From NCBI GenBank assembly GCA_973895155.1, contig OZ316895.1, positions 458,107-522,106 on the forward strand: DNA of 64,000 nt, read 5' to 3'. The stretch is from Marsupella aquatica (lineage: Eukaryota > Plantae > Marchantiophyta). How positions within the stretch are numbered: position 1 is the first letter of the stretch; every line of letters begins with the position of its first letter. Below the pieces are notes generated by a model, which did not search any database, was not told where the DNA came from, and saw only the letters and a list, made by a program, of their open reading frames with translations. Below, piece by piece: positions 11,901-24,200 of the stretch. The position numbers were made by a program, and so were the translations under genes.

Positions 11901-14002
11901 GACCAAACTGGTTCTTGTTTGCAATTGTTCACTCCTAATCCACCCTGCTTCTCGGTCTCTAACCCTTTGGACAGTAAGTTAGGTCATTGTGCACACACTC
12001 TAGTTCATTTAATTCAATTTGTGAACATTCTCATTTTCTTGAGGAAAATCTTCACCTTTGCCAAAACTTCTTGATAAGCAAGATGTAGGGGCAAGCTAAT
12101 TTGCATGTACATGCTTGCAATTTAAAATTTGTACCAATACAAGCAATTTTTTTTTCTTCTTCTCTTTTATGGAGAGCTTGTCTATGAAGAGTAACTTAGA
12201 CTACTTTTTAGTCTTTATTCTGAATGAAAATTTGCAACTCTGAGGTACAAATAGTGTACTCTTGAAAACCTAATCCCTAGGAGGCATAGCCCCTTGCCTT
12301 CCACAATTATATCAAGAGCTTAGCAACACAGAGTCATTCAGATTTATATTAATGTACTGTATTGGCGTTGACTTTCAGTTTATCAATCCCTACCTATGCT
12401 GGACTATGTTATTAGATTGTTGGAGTCATGGAGTTCCCAGAGGCATATATGCATGTCAGTATTAATGTTTTGATTGATAATTATGTTGTCTGGCTAGCTG
12501 CCTTGGGGTGGCAACTGAGAGTCATTCAATCAATCATGTTTCTATATGTCTAAGACCTCGTGTCTCAAAATGACTTTGATCAAATCAACCATATGAATCA
12601 TGATCAATCATGCAAGATGCATGACTCCAAGAAATTTGATTAACTTAGGGAGTGGCTCAAAGCACCCTCTGATGATTCAAGGCATCTGATTGGTCAGCTG
12701 AGCGATGCGTCTGAAACACTAAAAATGAAATTACAAAAATGAAATGACAACATCCCCAAGGAGGTGGACAAGGAGGAAGTTGGCCTGCTGGAGATGCTGT
12801 CTACTTGTTCTCAGACTACATTCTCTTTGTATTGCTCCTGTACCCCTCTTTGGCTTGGCTTGGCCTGGCCTTCTTCCTTCACTCCCTCCACCCTTGCATC
12901 CGTCCCTACATCTAACCTCATGCACTGTCTATATACTTGGTATACACTTCCAGATTGCATGTTACTTCTGCTCGTTGGTATGCTTGGACCAGTAAGTGCA
13001 CAATCACCCGTGCTGTTACTAGATCTCCAAGAATATTTCACAACCTTGACATCATTGGTTGCAGGGAGGGAGCTTGAACTAATATTGTTGATGATGATTA
13101 AAGTTAGCATTCCCTATCATGTTTTCTAAGATTTTCATTGCATCCGAGGCCTCAGTTCTTTGAGAACGCTATGGATGACACAACTTGTGAGACAAATATA
13201 TCTTGACAGTCCTGTGTAGTACTTTGTCACAATATTGATAAGTATCTCCTTTTGTTCATTTGGAAGTTCATAGCCTTAGAGACTTGTAAGTTGCTAGATG
13301 GCCAATGGCTAGTCTTGCTCTACTGAAAAGTCTAAAGTTGAGAATACTTAGGACCAATCAAGGTGAATGGTCAAAATCTGCTGTAGATGGACTGTTTGCT
13401 TCCTACTCCAATTGAGTTCAAGAAAGAGTTGTTATGGTTTTATTTGTTGCTTTGCAAATGAGAACAAGGTTTGCTTGCATTGCCAGTTTACATCATTGTA
13501 GGTTGTGAGGCTATTAATGGAGAGAGTGGGATAGGGAAGGAAATGCAACTTTGAGATATTTCCATGGGTGAAGGCCCATAGGAAGAGAGGTAGTAGGAAA
13601 GGAGCCTAAAACAAAGATCTGGCTATTCCATAAATGTAAAGGAAAACATGATAGAGTTTGTGCTCCTCAATCAGTCCTGAGGAGTCTCTATTTGAAGGGA
13701 TGCTAGAATATCTCTGTTGATGGCCCAACCATATAAATAGTACCTTTAATAGGAAGGAGGGATTTGACATGAGCCTGGCTGCTATCTGGCAAGCTAAGAC
13801 TTGAATTGTCCAAATTAAAACTGGAGCTTATTGATAGAAAAGACAGAGACAATGTGTACAATGACAAAAAATCCACCAAAGGCTAGAGATTGAAATCAAG
13901 ATTCATGAAATCTCCAAGATCTAGTCAAGATTCACTAGAAGAAGGACAAGGGGCAGTGACAGTACGACTAGGAGGCATGATGTGACATTAGTAGATGTAG
14001 AG

Positions 14003-15220
14003 ATGAGTAGCAACAACATCAAGGAGGGCGATACCCATGGTGGCTCCTTGGATGATGGCAGTGGAGGGCCATTGTCAATACTCCCTTTCCTGTCTTCATC
14101 CTCTACAAACCCTCCTGTAACAAGATCAGGTGCAGAGAACTTTAACAACAATAGTTGCATGGTCATGGACCAAAATATTTGGGGCTCTTTGCCGGAAGAT
14201 CTTCAGGACCGTATTCTTGCATGGCTACCGTTTCCAGCGTTTGCTCGTGCATGCACAGTATGTAGGCGATGGAATTCTGTCAAGTACTCACAATCCTTTT
14301 TGGAAACATACAGACAAATCCCACCCCCCATGCCATGTTTCCTCATGTTTGAGGCCAAAGATAGATCCATGTGTGCCGTGTTCAACCCGACTTCAGAACT
14401 TTGGCACCGCATTCCCTTCAGTTTCTTTCATTATGAAACCAAGTTCCCTTGTGCAGCTGCTGGGGGGCTACTTTGCTTTTGTGGTGTTAGTGCCTATCCC
14501 ACTCTCTCTGTCTGTAACCCCTTGACTAGATGTTGGCAAGAACTCCCACCTATGCTACACAAGAGGTTCCCAAATCTAGTGGGGATGGTGGTGGATCCCA
14601 ACAACAGGGGCTACAAGATTGTGGTAGCAGGGGACTATTATGAAGACAATGTTAGGACTGAAGTGTATGATTCCACTACAAATTGTTGGAGACTCACAGG
14701 CAATCATCTCCCGATAGCTAACTATACCCTCAGGAATGCTTTCTGTAATGGGTTTCATTTCTGGGTGACCCGAGATCCTTATGGGGTCATAGCTTTCAAT
14801 ATGGAGCATGGAGTTTGGAGTGTGGTGAGAGCACCCATGCCCTCCTTCCTATCCTCACCCCATTTGGTAGGTTGCCACATGAGGCTGCTGATGGTAGGCG
14901 GAGTGAAGAAGCATACCATTCCCAAGAATATCCAAATTTGGGAGCTTGAGCAAAACTCGATGAATTGGGCGGAGGTGGCTAGGATGCCCCAGAGTCTTTG
15001 CAAAAGATTCTTGAGGGACTCGAGGAATGGGGACTTTATGTGTGTGGGATATGATGATCTCATCTGTTTGGCAAGCTACAAATGTCCACACGCACTCTTG
15101 TATGATTTATCCAAAGACTCATGGCGCTGGGTAGCTAGTTGTCCACTGCTCATTGAAATTGAGGATTATAGATCTACTATAGGTTTTCCATTTAGTCCTA
15201 GGCTCGATGCACCTGTGTGA
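14003..15220 (+). CDS. F-box/kelch-repeat-type protein (UFO/HWS/At5g15710-like family), intronless
   Basis: F-box IWGSLPEDLQDRILAWLPFPAFARACTVCRRW, then AAAGGLLCF, VCNPLTRCWQELPPM, YKIVVAG, TEVYDS and terminal F-x-PRLDA. First ATG is at 14003. Confidence 0.93.
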   Translation: MSSNNIKEGDTHGGSLDDGSGGPLSILPFLSSSSTNPPVTRSGAENFNNNSCMVMDQNIWGSLPEDLQDRILAWLPFPAFARACTVCRRWNSVKYSQSFLETYRQIPPPMPCFLMFEAKDRSMCAVFNPTSELWHRIPFSFFHYETKFPCAAAGGLLCFCGVSAYPTLSVCNPLTRCWQELPPMLHKRFPNLVGMVVDPNNRGYKIVVAGDYYEDNVRTEVYDSTTNCWRLTGNHLPIANYTLRNAFCNGFHFWVTRDPYGVIAFNMEHGVWSVVRAPMPSFLSSPHLVGCHMRLLMVGGVKKHTIPKNIQIWELEQNSMNWAEVARMPQSLCKRFLRDSRNGDFMCVGYDDLICLASYKCPHALLYDLSKDSWRWVASCPLLIEIEDYRSTIGFPFSPRLDAPV

Positions 15221-17789
15221 CGATCATCAGTCCCATTTGCACACTTCCTTTCGTTCCTCTCATAACTCCTTTGGGTCTTGAAGAATCCAGGGAAGAAGGT
15301 CAATTGACATTCAACATGCTTCCTAGGAATCAGGCTAAGGAAGACTTAGTTGGTATTACTGACCATTTTCAAATTCGTCCCAAAACACAAAATGTGCCTA
15401 AAGCACAGTTATGATTTGAGGTACTCGTTTACCAAAATATTCACTCCAGATCGACAATGCAAGCCATGAAGCTTGTCCTCACAAAGCTAAAGGAGGAACA
15501 AGCCTAGCTTGCAACAACACATTGCTTTTGGAAAGTTCCGAAGCTTGCCTGCATAAGAAAGTTCAGGTGCATAGCGAGTCTGTCTCAACCTGAACGAGCA
15601 CGACCAAGATGGATTGATCACATAGTTTCATTCTTCAACTTCATAAGCAATCCAGTAGACCCCACGGCCAGCAATTGCCATGTAAATTTCCTCTTCGCTT
15701 AAGGATTACATTTGGTTTAAATTCGAATGCATATTTCCAGGACTAGCTCAGCGTAGCATTTAAAGTATTTGTGCGTAAAGGTATAAATTCAGTCCTAAAA
15801 CTTGAAAGATTCTCACTCATGAAATCCATCGTTTGTATTTGAGCAATTCATGACCATCAAATATCTCCGTACGTCTCCAAAATGACTCCTTGCAGTGTTT
15901 CTTCCATGGCTCGGAACTTTCAATAGTTGCAACATTGGGTCTTTTCTGAACCTTTTTGTGTTCTTCACGCGTAGGCCAGTGTGATGCAAATGTCCCGGAC
16001 ATCGAGTCTTTTCTCGACCTGTTTGTGGACATAGGCTAGACTGCTAGAGTGATGAATTTTCCCAGATAAAGCATGCGCACATAGATAAGAATTTCTGAGA
16101 AGTTACTTGAAAGCATTACAACCTGTTCTGATCTTCAAGATTTTGACGAATCTTTTTGTTTGTTTTTGTTTGAAGAAATAGTCATAACCAACCATTCCCA
16201 TTCTTACACTTTTTGTCGTTGAAAAGGTTGACTGATAGAGAGCATTCGGTACAAACTTTTGCTCGAGTCTACCGTCTTTGTTGTACTAGGAAAATTGAAA
16301 TATTTATGTTAAGCTAATCCAAGATTTAGAAACCCTTGCCTGAACTCTGTTCCAACAACCATCACACGGAGTAAAAAACCCAATCTGGAGCCCACCTGAA
16401 AATCAACATGAAACTGCTGCGAAGATCAATGGCAAAATGTAGAACTTTCAAATTAAAACATAAACTCCCCACTACATTCAACGATTTGTCGAAGGGCTGG
16501 CGATGTTGTATCCCGATTCGTTCAGCTTTTAGACCAAAATTGATTCACATGTTCATTTACGACACTTACTTGCAGTCACAAAAGTATTTCCGTGAACATA
16601 CCCAATTAGAGTCGACGCCCTCACAGCATTCATCAAGTATCTGAAGGAAAAACGAAGGTCTCAAGTTAGGATACTTGTCAACAATTGCACTCTCCTAAGT
16701 AGTTTATTAAGGCTCTCACAAAGTAAATCTTGTTGTGTTATAAAGGATCGCGAGAAATGTCACTGCTTGCAAAGGACTTCGCGTAACTCTACCGAGATGA
16801 ACGACAAGATCTTACCCAACGGATCTGATATAGACAGGATTACATTGTGTTGCGAATACCATAGGTCTCGGTCTCGTTTACTTCCTCTCCAGATATGAGA
16901 GAAATACAGTAATGCTGAGTGCAGAAAAGCGTCATATCCAAGCTGGTATGACTCCTCTTTCCCACCTGACAATTTATCAAAGACTCGAATTGCTGAAGCT
17001 CTTGTCCAGGATGGAGGATCAGCTGCATCAACCGGACTATACAATCCAATTCTGCTGTAGTAGGTAAGATTTCGCTAGGTCACTGAACCGAGACAGCCAA
17101 GAGCGAATCTCAACTTTAACGATGAAAGCAATGTGTCCACAACGTTGAGAATTCCCTATACATTTGATCCCGTATTAGGAAGTCTGCCAGTCGAGTGGTC
17201 GTTTTCCTCACACGTAACAAACGAGGGCCTCGAGATCATTCAAATGAACAGAAAACTTCTAATTGTTGTAATTGTGGTTCGCAAGACTAAATTATAGTAG
17301 AACCACGCAGATGGAGTGCTGTGAATATCTTAAACGATTTATTCCTTGTTAACCCGCAAGGAATCAAGAGGTTGATTTGCGATCACCTTTCGAAAAGTTA
17401 CTCGACAACACAAGTCTGAGAGGAGGAGTCAAAAGCTAAGTACGAGCTAGAAGATAGGTTGAATGCTCACAACTCCAGTAGGAGAGTTACTCGAAAACTC
17501 TAAAGAAACATTGAGTGGCGAGAAGCAGCTAAAAGATAAGACCCTGGCAACCAAATGGAGGAATTGGTTAACGGACTGGAAAGTGCCATTATTCGAACAA
17601 GCAGTCAACTAAAACTTCGCAGAAATTGAAAACTTGTAATCAACACCTTGATAAAACTCACAAAAGTAGATAACTGAATGCTCCATTTTTGCGTTTGAAT
17701 AAAACGTCCATTTATGATGACTTCAGAACGTTAACAGGGCAATTGGATGTTTTTACCTGGCTTGACTCAAAGTATAATCATTCTTTCAA

Positions 17790-18105
17790 GCCGATGTTCC
17801 TGGCTCCTTCCCAACACCTCTCTTTTGCATCACAGTGCACAACAATTGACACCTTCTCCCACTTGCCAGCTGCAGCATAGATGTTGGAGAGGAGCACAGA
17901 TGCAGAGCATTACTGGGTTGCCACTTGAAAAGCTCTTTAGCAGCAAGTTCGTAAAGCCCACATTACCATAAGTTCTACAAGCCCAAAGCAAGTTACTTCA
18001 CGTGGTTCCACTGGCATGTCATTAGAGAAGAGCTTCGAGGCTTCCATGTGTCCAGCCCGCCCAAGAAGATCCACCAGGTATAATGCACAATGTCAGGCTT
18101 CACAG
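17790..18105 (-). pseudogene. Fragment of a PLS-class PPR gene (last PPR repeat + E domain), frameshifted
   Basis: Minus strand reads, across frameshifts: VKPDIVHY..VDLLGRAGHMEA..DMPVEP..GACRTYGNV..ELAAKELF..VLLSNIYAAAGKWEKV..MQKRGVGKEPG. Confidence 0.85.
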
Positions 18106-18835
18106 TAAATAAAACTTTGAGTATATTGAGAGCTTCACATTTTACTCATACTCATTAAACTTGACGGTTTTAGAGACCATTGCTCTTGTTATAAAGAGCA
18201 TTTTGACGAATGTTATTGCTACAGAGCTATTAGAGATTTACTTTTTGTGAATATTCTCCATGATCACATTTTTCAAAGAACACTGCTCTTGTTACAAAGA
18301 TCATTTTGATGATATTTTCCCCTGCAGAGCTATTGGAAATCATGTTTTCATATGGCGTTGCTCTTGTTACAAGGAGGTTCAAGTACTTTCCCACTATGGA
18401 GCTACAGGAAATTTTAAATGTGTACCTTCAGTCCATTCCATTCACATTCTCTATTTGACTATTAGGTGCACATAATGTTCTTACTGTGAGAGAAATCTAG
18501 GTATGCAATTTATGAGAGAATCTACCATCCATTTGCAGTTGGGCTATCTCATGTTAGGTGTAAAATAATATGTCCCCTGTCACAGTCCATGGGGATAGTG
18601 GGGGACAACTTAGCAGTCCATCCAGGCTTTAGTTTCAAAAATTTCTCAATTTCTCAATTTTTAATTTGGGTCATGTGTCGGGCAGGCTTAGGGCAGGGCA
18701 GACATTTGAGATACTATGAGTGTCTCCAGGATATGGTGGTGCCAAAAAGTCAGACTTTGATGATGGGCCATAATTTGATTCCACTTTCCTCATTTTGTAC
18801 AAAGATGAATTATTTCTGCCAGGATAAGGTGTTAT

Positions 18836-19170
18836 TGTTGAGCATAGACAGCAATCGCAACGGCAAACCCATGAACCATCCAACGCACAAGAGTTGACAT
18901 AGAGAGATATGTGGTTCACCTCCTCATGAGGCTACGTCCACGGGAACACACATGAGCTTTACTGCACTCTAGGCCGACCGGCATCCACAACGCAAGCTCT
19001 CTCTATCTCTCAACTAGCTCCATAACAATGAGTCTGAGTTCCCCTCTCCAAGTAAACACCGCTTGGTTATTAGAGTGTGCACAGCATGACTAACCTAACC
19101 AAGTTTGCGACTAAGGTTAGCCTTAACTACGGTACAGTCATAACTCTAGACCTAAAAGTAAATCCTAACA
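18836..19170 (-). mobile_element. Probable solo LTR (Copia-type), ~335 bp
   Basis: Starts TGTTG and ends CTAACA; flanks GTTAT/ATTAT (4/5 TSD match); internal GTGGTTCACC...CTACGTCCAC motif typical of plant Copia LTRs read in reverse. Confidence 0.6.
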
Positions 19171-19421
19171 ATTATACTATTTAATGATGCTCCCTTGGAG
19201 GGGACTCTCAAATATGGACGGTGGCACCTTTTACACCTTTATCATTGACACGCATATCATTTCCAAAAGGTTTTTGGCAACAAAGTTTGCCTTTCAACGT
19301 CTCCCTTATATCCAAAGGAGTTGGCCATTCTTGGGCTCATTCCAAGTAGCTTGGAAAAATATTTACAACCGGTCCAGTGCCACTAGTTTTCATGAACAAC
19401 TGAGAGAGTTGTGAATCATTA

Positions 19422-19812
19422 GGGCATCTCAAAGCTGGGTCATTAGTGAAAGTTATAGAATTTAAAAATAGGGGGAGGTAACACTGACCCGCCCCATAAG
19501 GCAGGAGTTATGGCCTCACCTGTCTCATAGTAAATATTATTTTTTCCTCAATTCATGATTAGCCATCATCTCAAATGCAGCAATGATCACCAGGTCAGGA
19601 GCAATAATTCCCACGTGTCTTCAGTTGCGGCTTTCCGGAGTTCCAGATTTCCGTCTAAAGTTGCGGGCAAGTTACGGGTTAAGTGTTGAGCCTGCAGGCT
19701 TTCTGTACGATAGCCGAAGATTGGCTCCCATAACTTTTACAGGATCGGGGTTCCCATAGTACTTGAGTTATGGGAGGGCCTTATCTTGTTAAGGCCAAGT
19801 TTTGAGATGCCC
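19422..19812. mobile_element. MITE (PIF/Harbinger-Tourist-like TIR), 391 bp
   Basis: Perfect TIR GGGCATCTCAAA / TTTGAGATGCCC, with TA on both sides; no coding capacity. Confidence 0.7.
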
Positions 19813-21586
19813 TACTATTGTTGACACTGTGTGTTTCCTTAACAACTACCTTTTCAGATTCTATATCTTTTCATATAACATGGAATAGTTTTTGTGTGGG
19901 TTGGTTAGAATTGGTGTAAAGATACTTCCAATGAGAATTGGGTAGTATTATCAACTTTCATTGAGAATTGAGAGATGACTGTGTTTCTCTTGCCACATTT
20001 GGCTCTTTGGTGTAGTATGTACTATATGAGCAGAAGAAGGCGTTTATCTTCCATCCATTGTCACAGCAACAACTTATACAAGGATTTTGGTAAATGTGAA
20101 GATCCATCGAAATAAGAAAATGATTTCTTTAGGGTGAATTCACAAAATGTAGGGTCACTTGTGACTTGGTCCACCAAAGCAAACTTCTAAAGATAGACTC
20201 CACTTTTTTATAAACTTATAATTAAATTCAATAAATGCAAACCCCTTGAATCAAGGAGTCAAAGTTTGGATCACCTCTCGACATGGTAAGAATTTATAGA
20301 CAAAATAAGCAGTTAGTTCCTTGGCCCACATTTTGCCATGTAGGATTCATAGATGCTATAGTGCATGTGGAGTCAGCTGCAACCGTTTTCAATCATTATA
20401 CTATCCAAATTTAATATTACAGGGATTACATAGACGCAATGGTCCCCACTTCTTGTAAAGCGAACCTTAGAATAAGGTCTGAGATCCAAAGAGAAAAGGC
20501 AGCTTGTCCTCTCGTGTTTATACAAGAATATATGTACCTTAGGGGAATTTTTTGGGTGCAGTTTTAAATTTATCCTAACTAAGACTAGAATCAGTACGAG
20601 AGGGGAAACGTGGTTGGTGGTGGAGGTGGACCTGTTATATCATATTAAGTAAATTAAGTGTTTCCTTGCATGCAACTTTAATAAGCCTAATGAGAGAAGA
20701 TGTTTTAAAGAAAAATGAAAGCTTGGTGGACCAAGGGGTTGATCTGAAGCCCCTATGGATTTGCAGAGCTTGGATAACACTCTTTGGAGTCTTGATTCAA
20801 ATATGACCTAGAAATGGGATCCTGACCAATTGCAGCCGGTTTTCATTATTTAGTTTACACCGTGATAAGTTGCTGCTCATGCACAGGCTACTCAGAGCGT
20901 CATTTTCACAAAAGTGAGAGAGTCTTTCCATTACAGTGGTAAGTAGTTGCTCATGCACCAAAGTTAGTACATGGATTTTTAGTACGCAAGGTACTAACTT
21001 TGGTGCATTGTACAATGGAAAAGTCCATTGACAATCGGTTCACAATATTTGATCATTTCTGCACTCATTGGCAATGAAGCAAATCATAAGAAAAACTCAA
21101 ACTTTGTCAGGTAATACATTGGACATTAAAGAACTTATTTGAGCTTAAACAAAGATCCAAAGTTGTCCAAACAAATGCACCAAAAAAAACCCGGAAGTCT
21201 GAAAAAACTACTTGGGTAGCTCTTCTCCAAAGAGGCAAGTCCTTCCAAAAGTAGCAGGCCAGGGTGGAATTTTGGATGTAAAATGAGAACGAGTCTGTCG
21301 AGTTCATGGGGATGGACAAAACAAACCCCTGGAGTCCATCCAGGCCTATTTTTCTGTTTACAATTTTTCTAGTAGTTTTTTTATTGTGAAACATTTTGCA
21401 AAAGTTACACGAAAAGCTTCATGACCTTTACAAGCTAACAAAGAAAGCACAATCAAAAATTATTTCTTATGCCTACTGTTAGACCATAACTCTAGATGAG
21501 ACATAACTGAAAATGAGATTATTTCCTATGCCTACTATCTAGAGTTTCACTCTAGACCATAGCTGTAAATGAGGAGGGCATAACTG

Positions 21587-21677
21587 AAAATATATGAGAG
21601 TCAAGGAGGGGGCAAAGACGAACACAAAATAAAAATATATGAGAGTCAAGGATGGGGCAAAGACGAACACAAAATAA
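21587..21677. repeat. ~45-bp tandem duplication
   Basis: aaaatatatgagagtcaagga(g/t)ggggcaaagacgaacacaaaataa occurs twice. Confidence 0.85.
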
Positions 21678-23687
21678 GGGCAATTCATTTTTGTGCATGG
21701 GTTTTTTTTCCTTCTCCTAATCGCTATTTACGTTTAACGGATAATCAAGCTACAGTAGCAGGTCTACACAATACTTTCGGTGTGAAGATTCGTCCGATGA
21801 CCAATCCACTAAATACGGTCTTGTGCAATCACGGGTACGGTAACTACGGTGACCGGCTGCCGTAACCATAGTAAAGTCTGCTGTACAGTAGAGACAGAAA
21901 AAGACCAGTGGGCATACAGTACAGTACTAGACACTGTACCGAAAGGTGTTCTCACTCTGGACTCTCCTCTCCGGATCTTCAAATAGTGTGTCGAAACTCA
22001 TCGGTCCCAAACAGAGGTCGACGGACATCGCTCTGCACTGCGCACGGAATTCGACGAGGAACACGCGACATTCAGGACGCACGAATCTGCGGAGCTTCGA
22101 GATTTCGCTCTCATCGCAAAGCGAAGCGGAAGAAAAAGTGGCCAGTGTGAAGGGAGGTGAAGGTGAAGGGATTGCAGGCTGGAGTAAAAAGTGTTTGGAG
22201 GTGTGGGTTGACGGGAGAGAGTCTCGTGATTGAGGGAGGGCCGAGTCGAGATTCACGTTCCGTGACTCGTGTGTGGGTCAGGTCGTTGCGCCGAATCGTT
22301 TCCAGGGAGCAGGAGAATTGGGACCGATTGCGGTGGATCCGGTGTCGTCACGGCTGGTGGGGCGGACGCCAGGTTCCCTTCCCCGTGTTTCCAGAGCTGG
22401 GAGGAACTGACGAGGAGTCGCGGAAGAACGAGAGCGATGTTGTGACGACGGGCGGGGCATTACTGATCCTCTCCGAGGCAGGATTCTGGGATAGTTTCAC
22501 CATCGACAACACTCGGAGTAGTTCGGTGTTCTAACGGTCTCGTCCACAGAGGGCCTCATCAGCGAGAGATACAGGGAGACACAGAAGAATCGAGCTTTGT
22601 TGGAGGGTGCGCGCACGGGAAGCAGATGTCAGTTCTACGGTTATCACGGGTGAAGCGAGTGGATTAGCTTGAATAAGCAGCGCTCTGGACTGGACCCCGA
22701 TTGAGGACCAAGTGGGAATGCGTGACTGGATACGCGCTGCTGTTAGCTGTGGATGATTTAGGAGAAGTTGCGGATTGACATCGAAGGCTGCTTCTTCAGA
22801 GTTCTTCTATCGGACGAGCTCCTTTGGTCACCCCTCAAGTAAGACTTCCGGTCTCTTGTTCACATCTTTAGTGGAGCCTTCCATGATTGAGGACTGCTGA
22901 GTATTCCCTCATCGGTCCACTTCTAGCCCCTCTGTATGTCTCTGTAGTTTGTCACGGATTCTTTTCTGTATGTCACTGGGTGCAGTCGTATCTTACTTTC
23001 TGGCCGTCAATTTGGTGGACCTTAAGTTCTGTTCTACCTTCAGCCGTCTGTGTTCTCGCCCTGCACGATTCTGGGCGGCATTGGATTAGTCCAACTTTTC
23101 CGTCTTGCCTCCTGGATAGATAGGTTTTAGGCCGTGATGCAACGGTAGGTTCCTTCGACAAATTTGCCCTCCAGCAGCAGAGTGAAATCTCCGTGACGAA
23201 GTTGAGTCTGTTGAAGCGACAACTAGGCGTGATATTTGATGAGAGGGAGGGTCCGGGCCCTCAGTGAGATCGTCCTTTGATTACCTGCTGAACGTCTTAC
23301 CTGGCAGCAATTACAGCCCCTGCAGCGGTATTCTAGTTTGCTTTGTCGTACGTGTCTACGAGACATTGGGGACAACCCTGATGCGACGACTGAGCTTCCA
23401 AAGTGAAAGGTCACGAATTTGGTTTGTAGCATCAGGTTTATCGGTTAGTAAGCTGCCATTCCATAAGTAGCTGGGAGATTTGAGGTCAGAGTCGAGTGGG
23501 AGAGAGGTCGTTCTTTGTGAGATGTTGAGTATCTTTTGATTGCCCGCACTTAATGCCCCCACAGAGATTCATTGTGTGTTTTGATCGACTTGTTGAATGA
23601 TATGAGCGCGATGTGGACCTTGTTTTGATTGCCTGAGCTGAATGTTATATTTGAAAACTGACATCATGTTCGAATTACTTCAGCTGA

Positions 23688-24200
23688 ATGCGGGCCGCCA
23701 AATTGCGAAGCCCTGTGCGGGACATTTACCTGGGACAAGCGTCCCCTCGGTCTAGAAACCTGGCGTACCTCAGTCGAAGTGCGAGTCAAGCGTCCTCCTC
23801 ATCGAAGTATGGATTCAGAGGAGCAGACCAGTCCGCTGGCGGCGGCGACGAGATCAAGGGGGCAGGAAAGAGAATGACCATGCTCACCAGGGGAGCGTCA
23901 TTCCGAAGGCAAGGCTCCTCAGGGATGACATGGGCCGACAACTGGATCTTCACAGACGATGGGATGTTCTTGGGCCGTCATACCAAGGTTGCAGACGACA
24001 AGGGTGTTGCCGCCGATGGGCTCCGTCCAATTACTCCTCAGCAGCCTAAGAACCTGAAGGTCTCGGAAGATTTTCCAGATGAGCTGCAACGTAGCCGGAG
24101 TGTGGGAACTGGGACTGAACGGAAGCACAGATCTCACCATAAGAGTGGGCTCTGGGGATTGAAGTGGCTAAAAAAGAATATCAAGAAGGCTTTTAGATGA
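23688..24200 (+). CDS. MAPK-substrate At1g80180/MASS-like small basic protein (170 aa)
   Basis: Family motif SFRRQGSSGMTW-x-D, plus LQRSRSVG and a basic C-terminus; splice acceptor ttacttcag just upstream suggests a 5'UTR intron. Confidence 0.75.
   Translation: MRAAKLRSPVRDIYLGQASPRSRNLAYLSRSASQASSSSKYGFRGADQSAGGGDEIKGAGKRMTMLTRGASFRRQGSSGMTWADNWIFTDDGMFLGRHTKVADDKGVAADGLRPITPQQPKNLKVSEDFPDELQRSRSVGTGTERKHRSHHKSGLWGLKWLKKNIKKAFR

Noticed and set aside
5600-13900. Numerous short ORFs and exon-like patches (~7250-7620, ~9790-10120)
   Set aside because: No recognisable domains; likely UTR, intron or intergenic sequence of the flanking genes.
16760-17760. Possible degenerate coding relic (e.g. 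GSLPVEW, LRR-like)
   Set aside because: Too many stops and no sustained LRR periodicity; cannot be supported.
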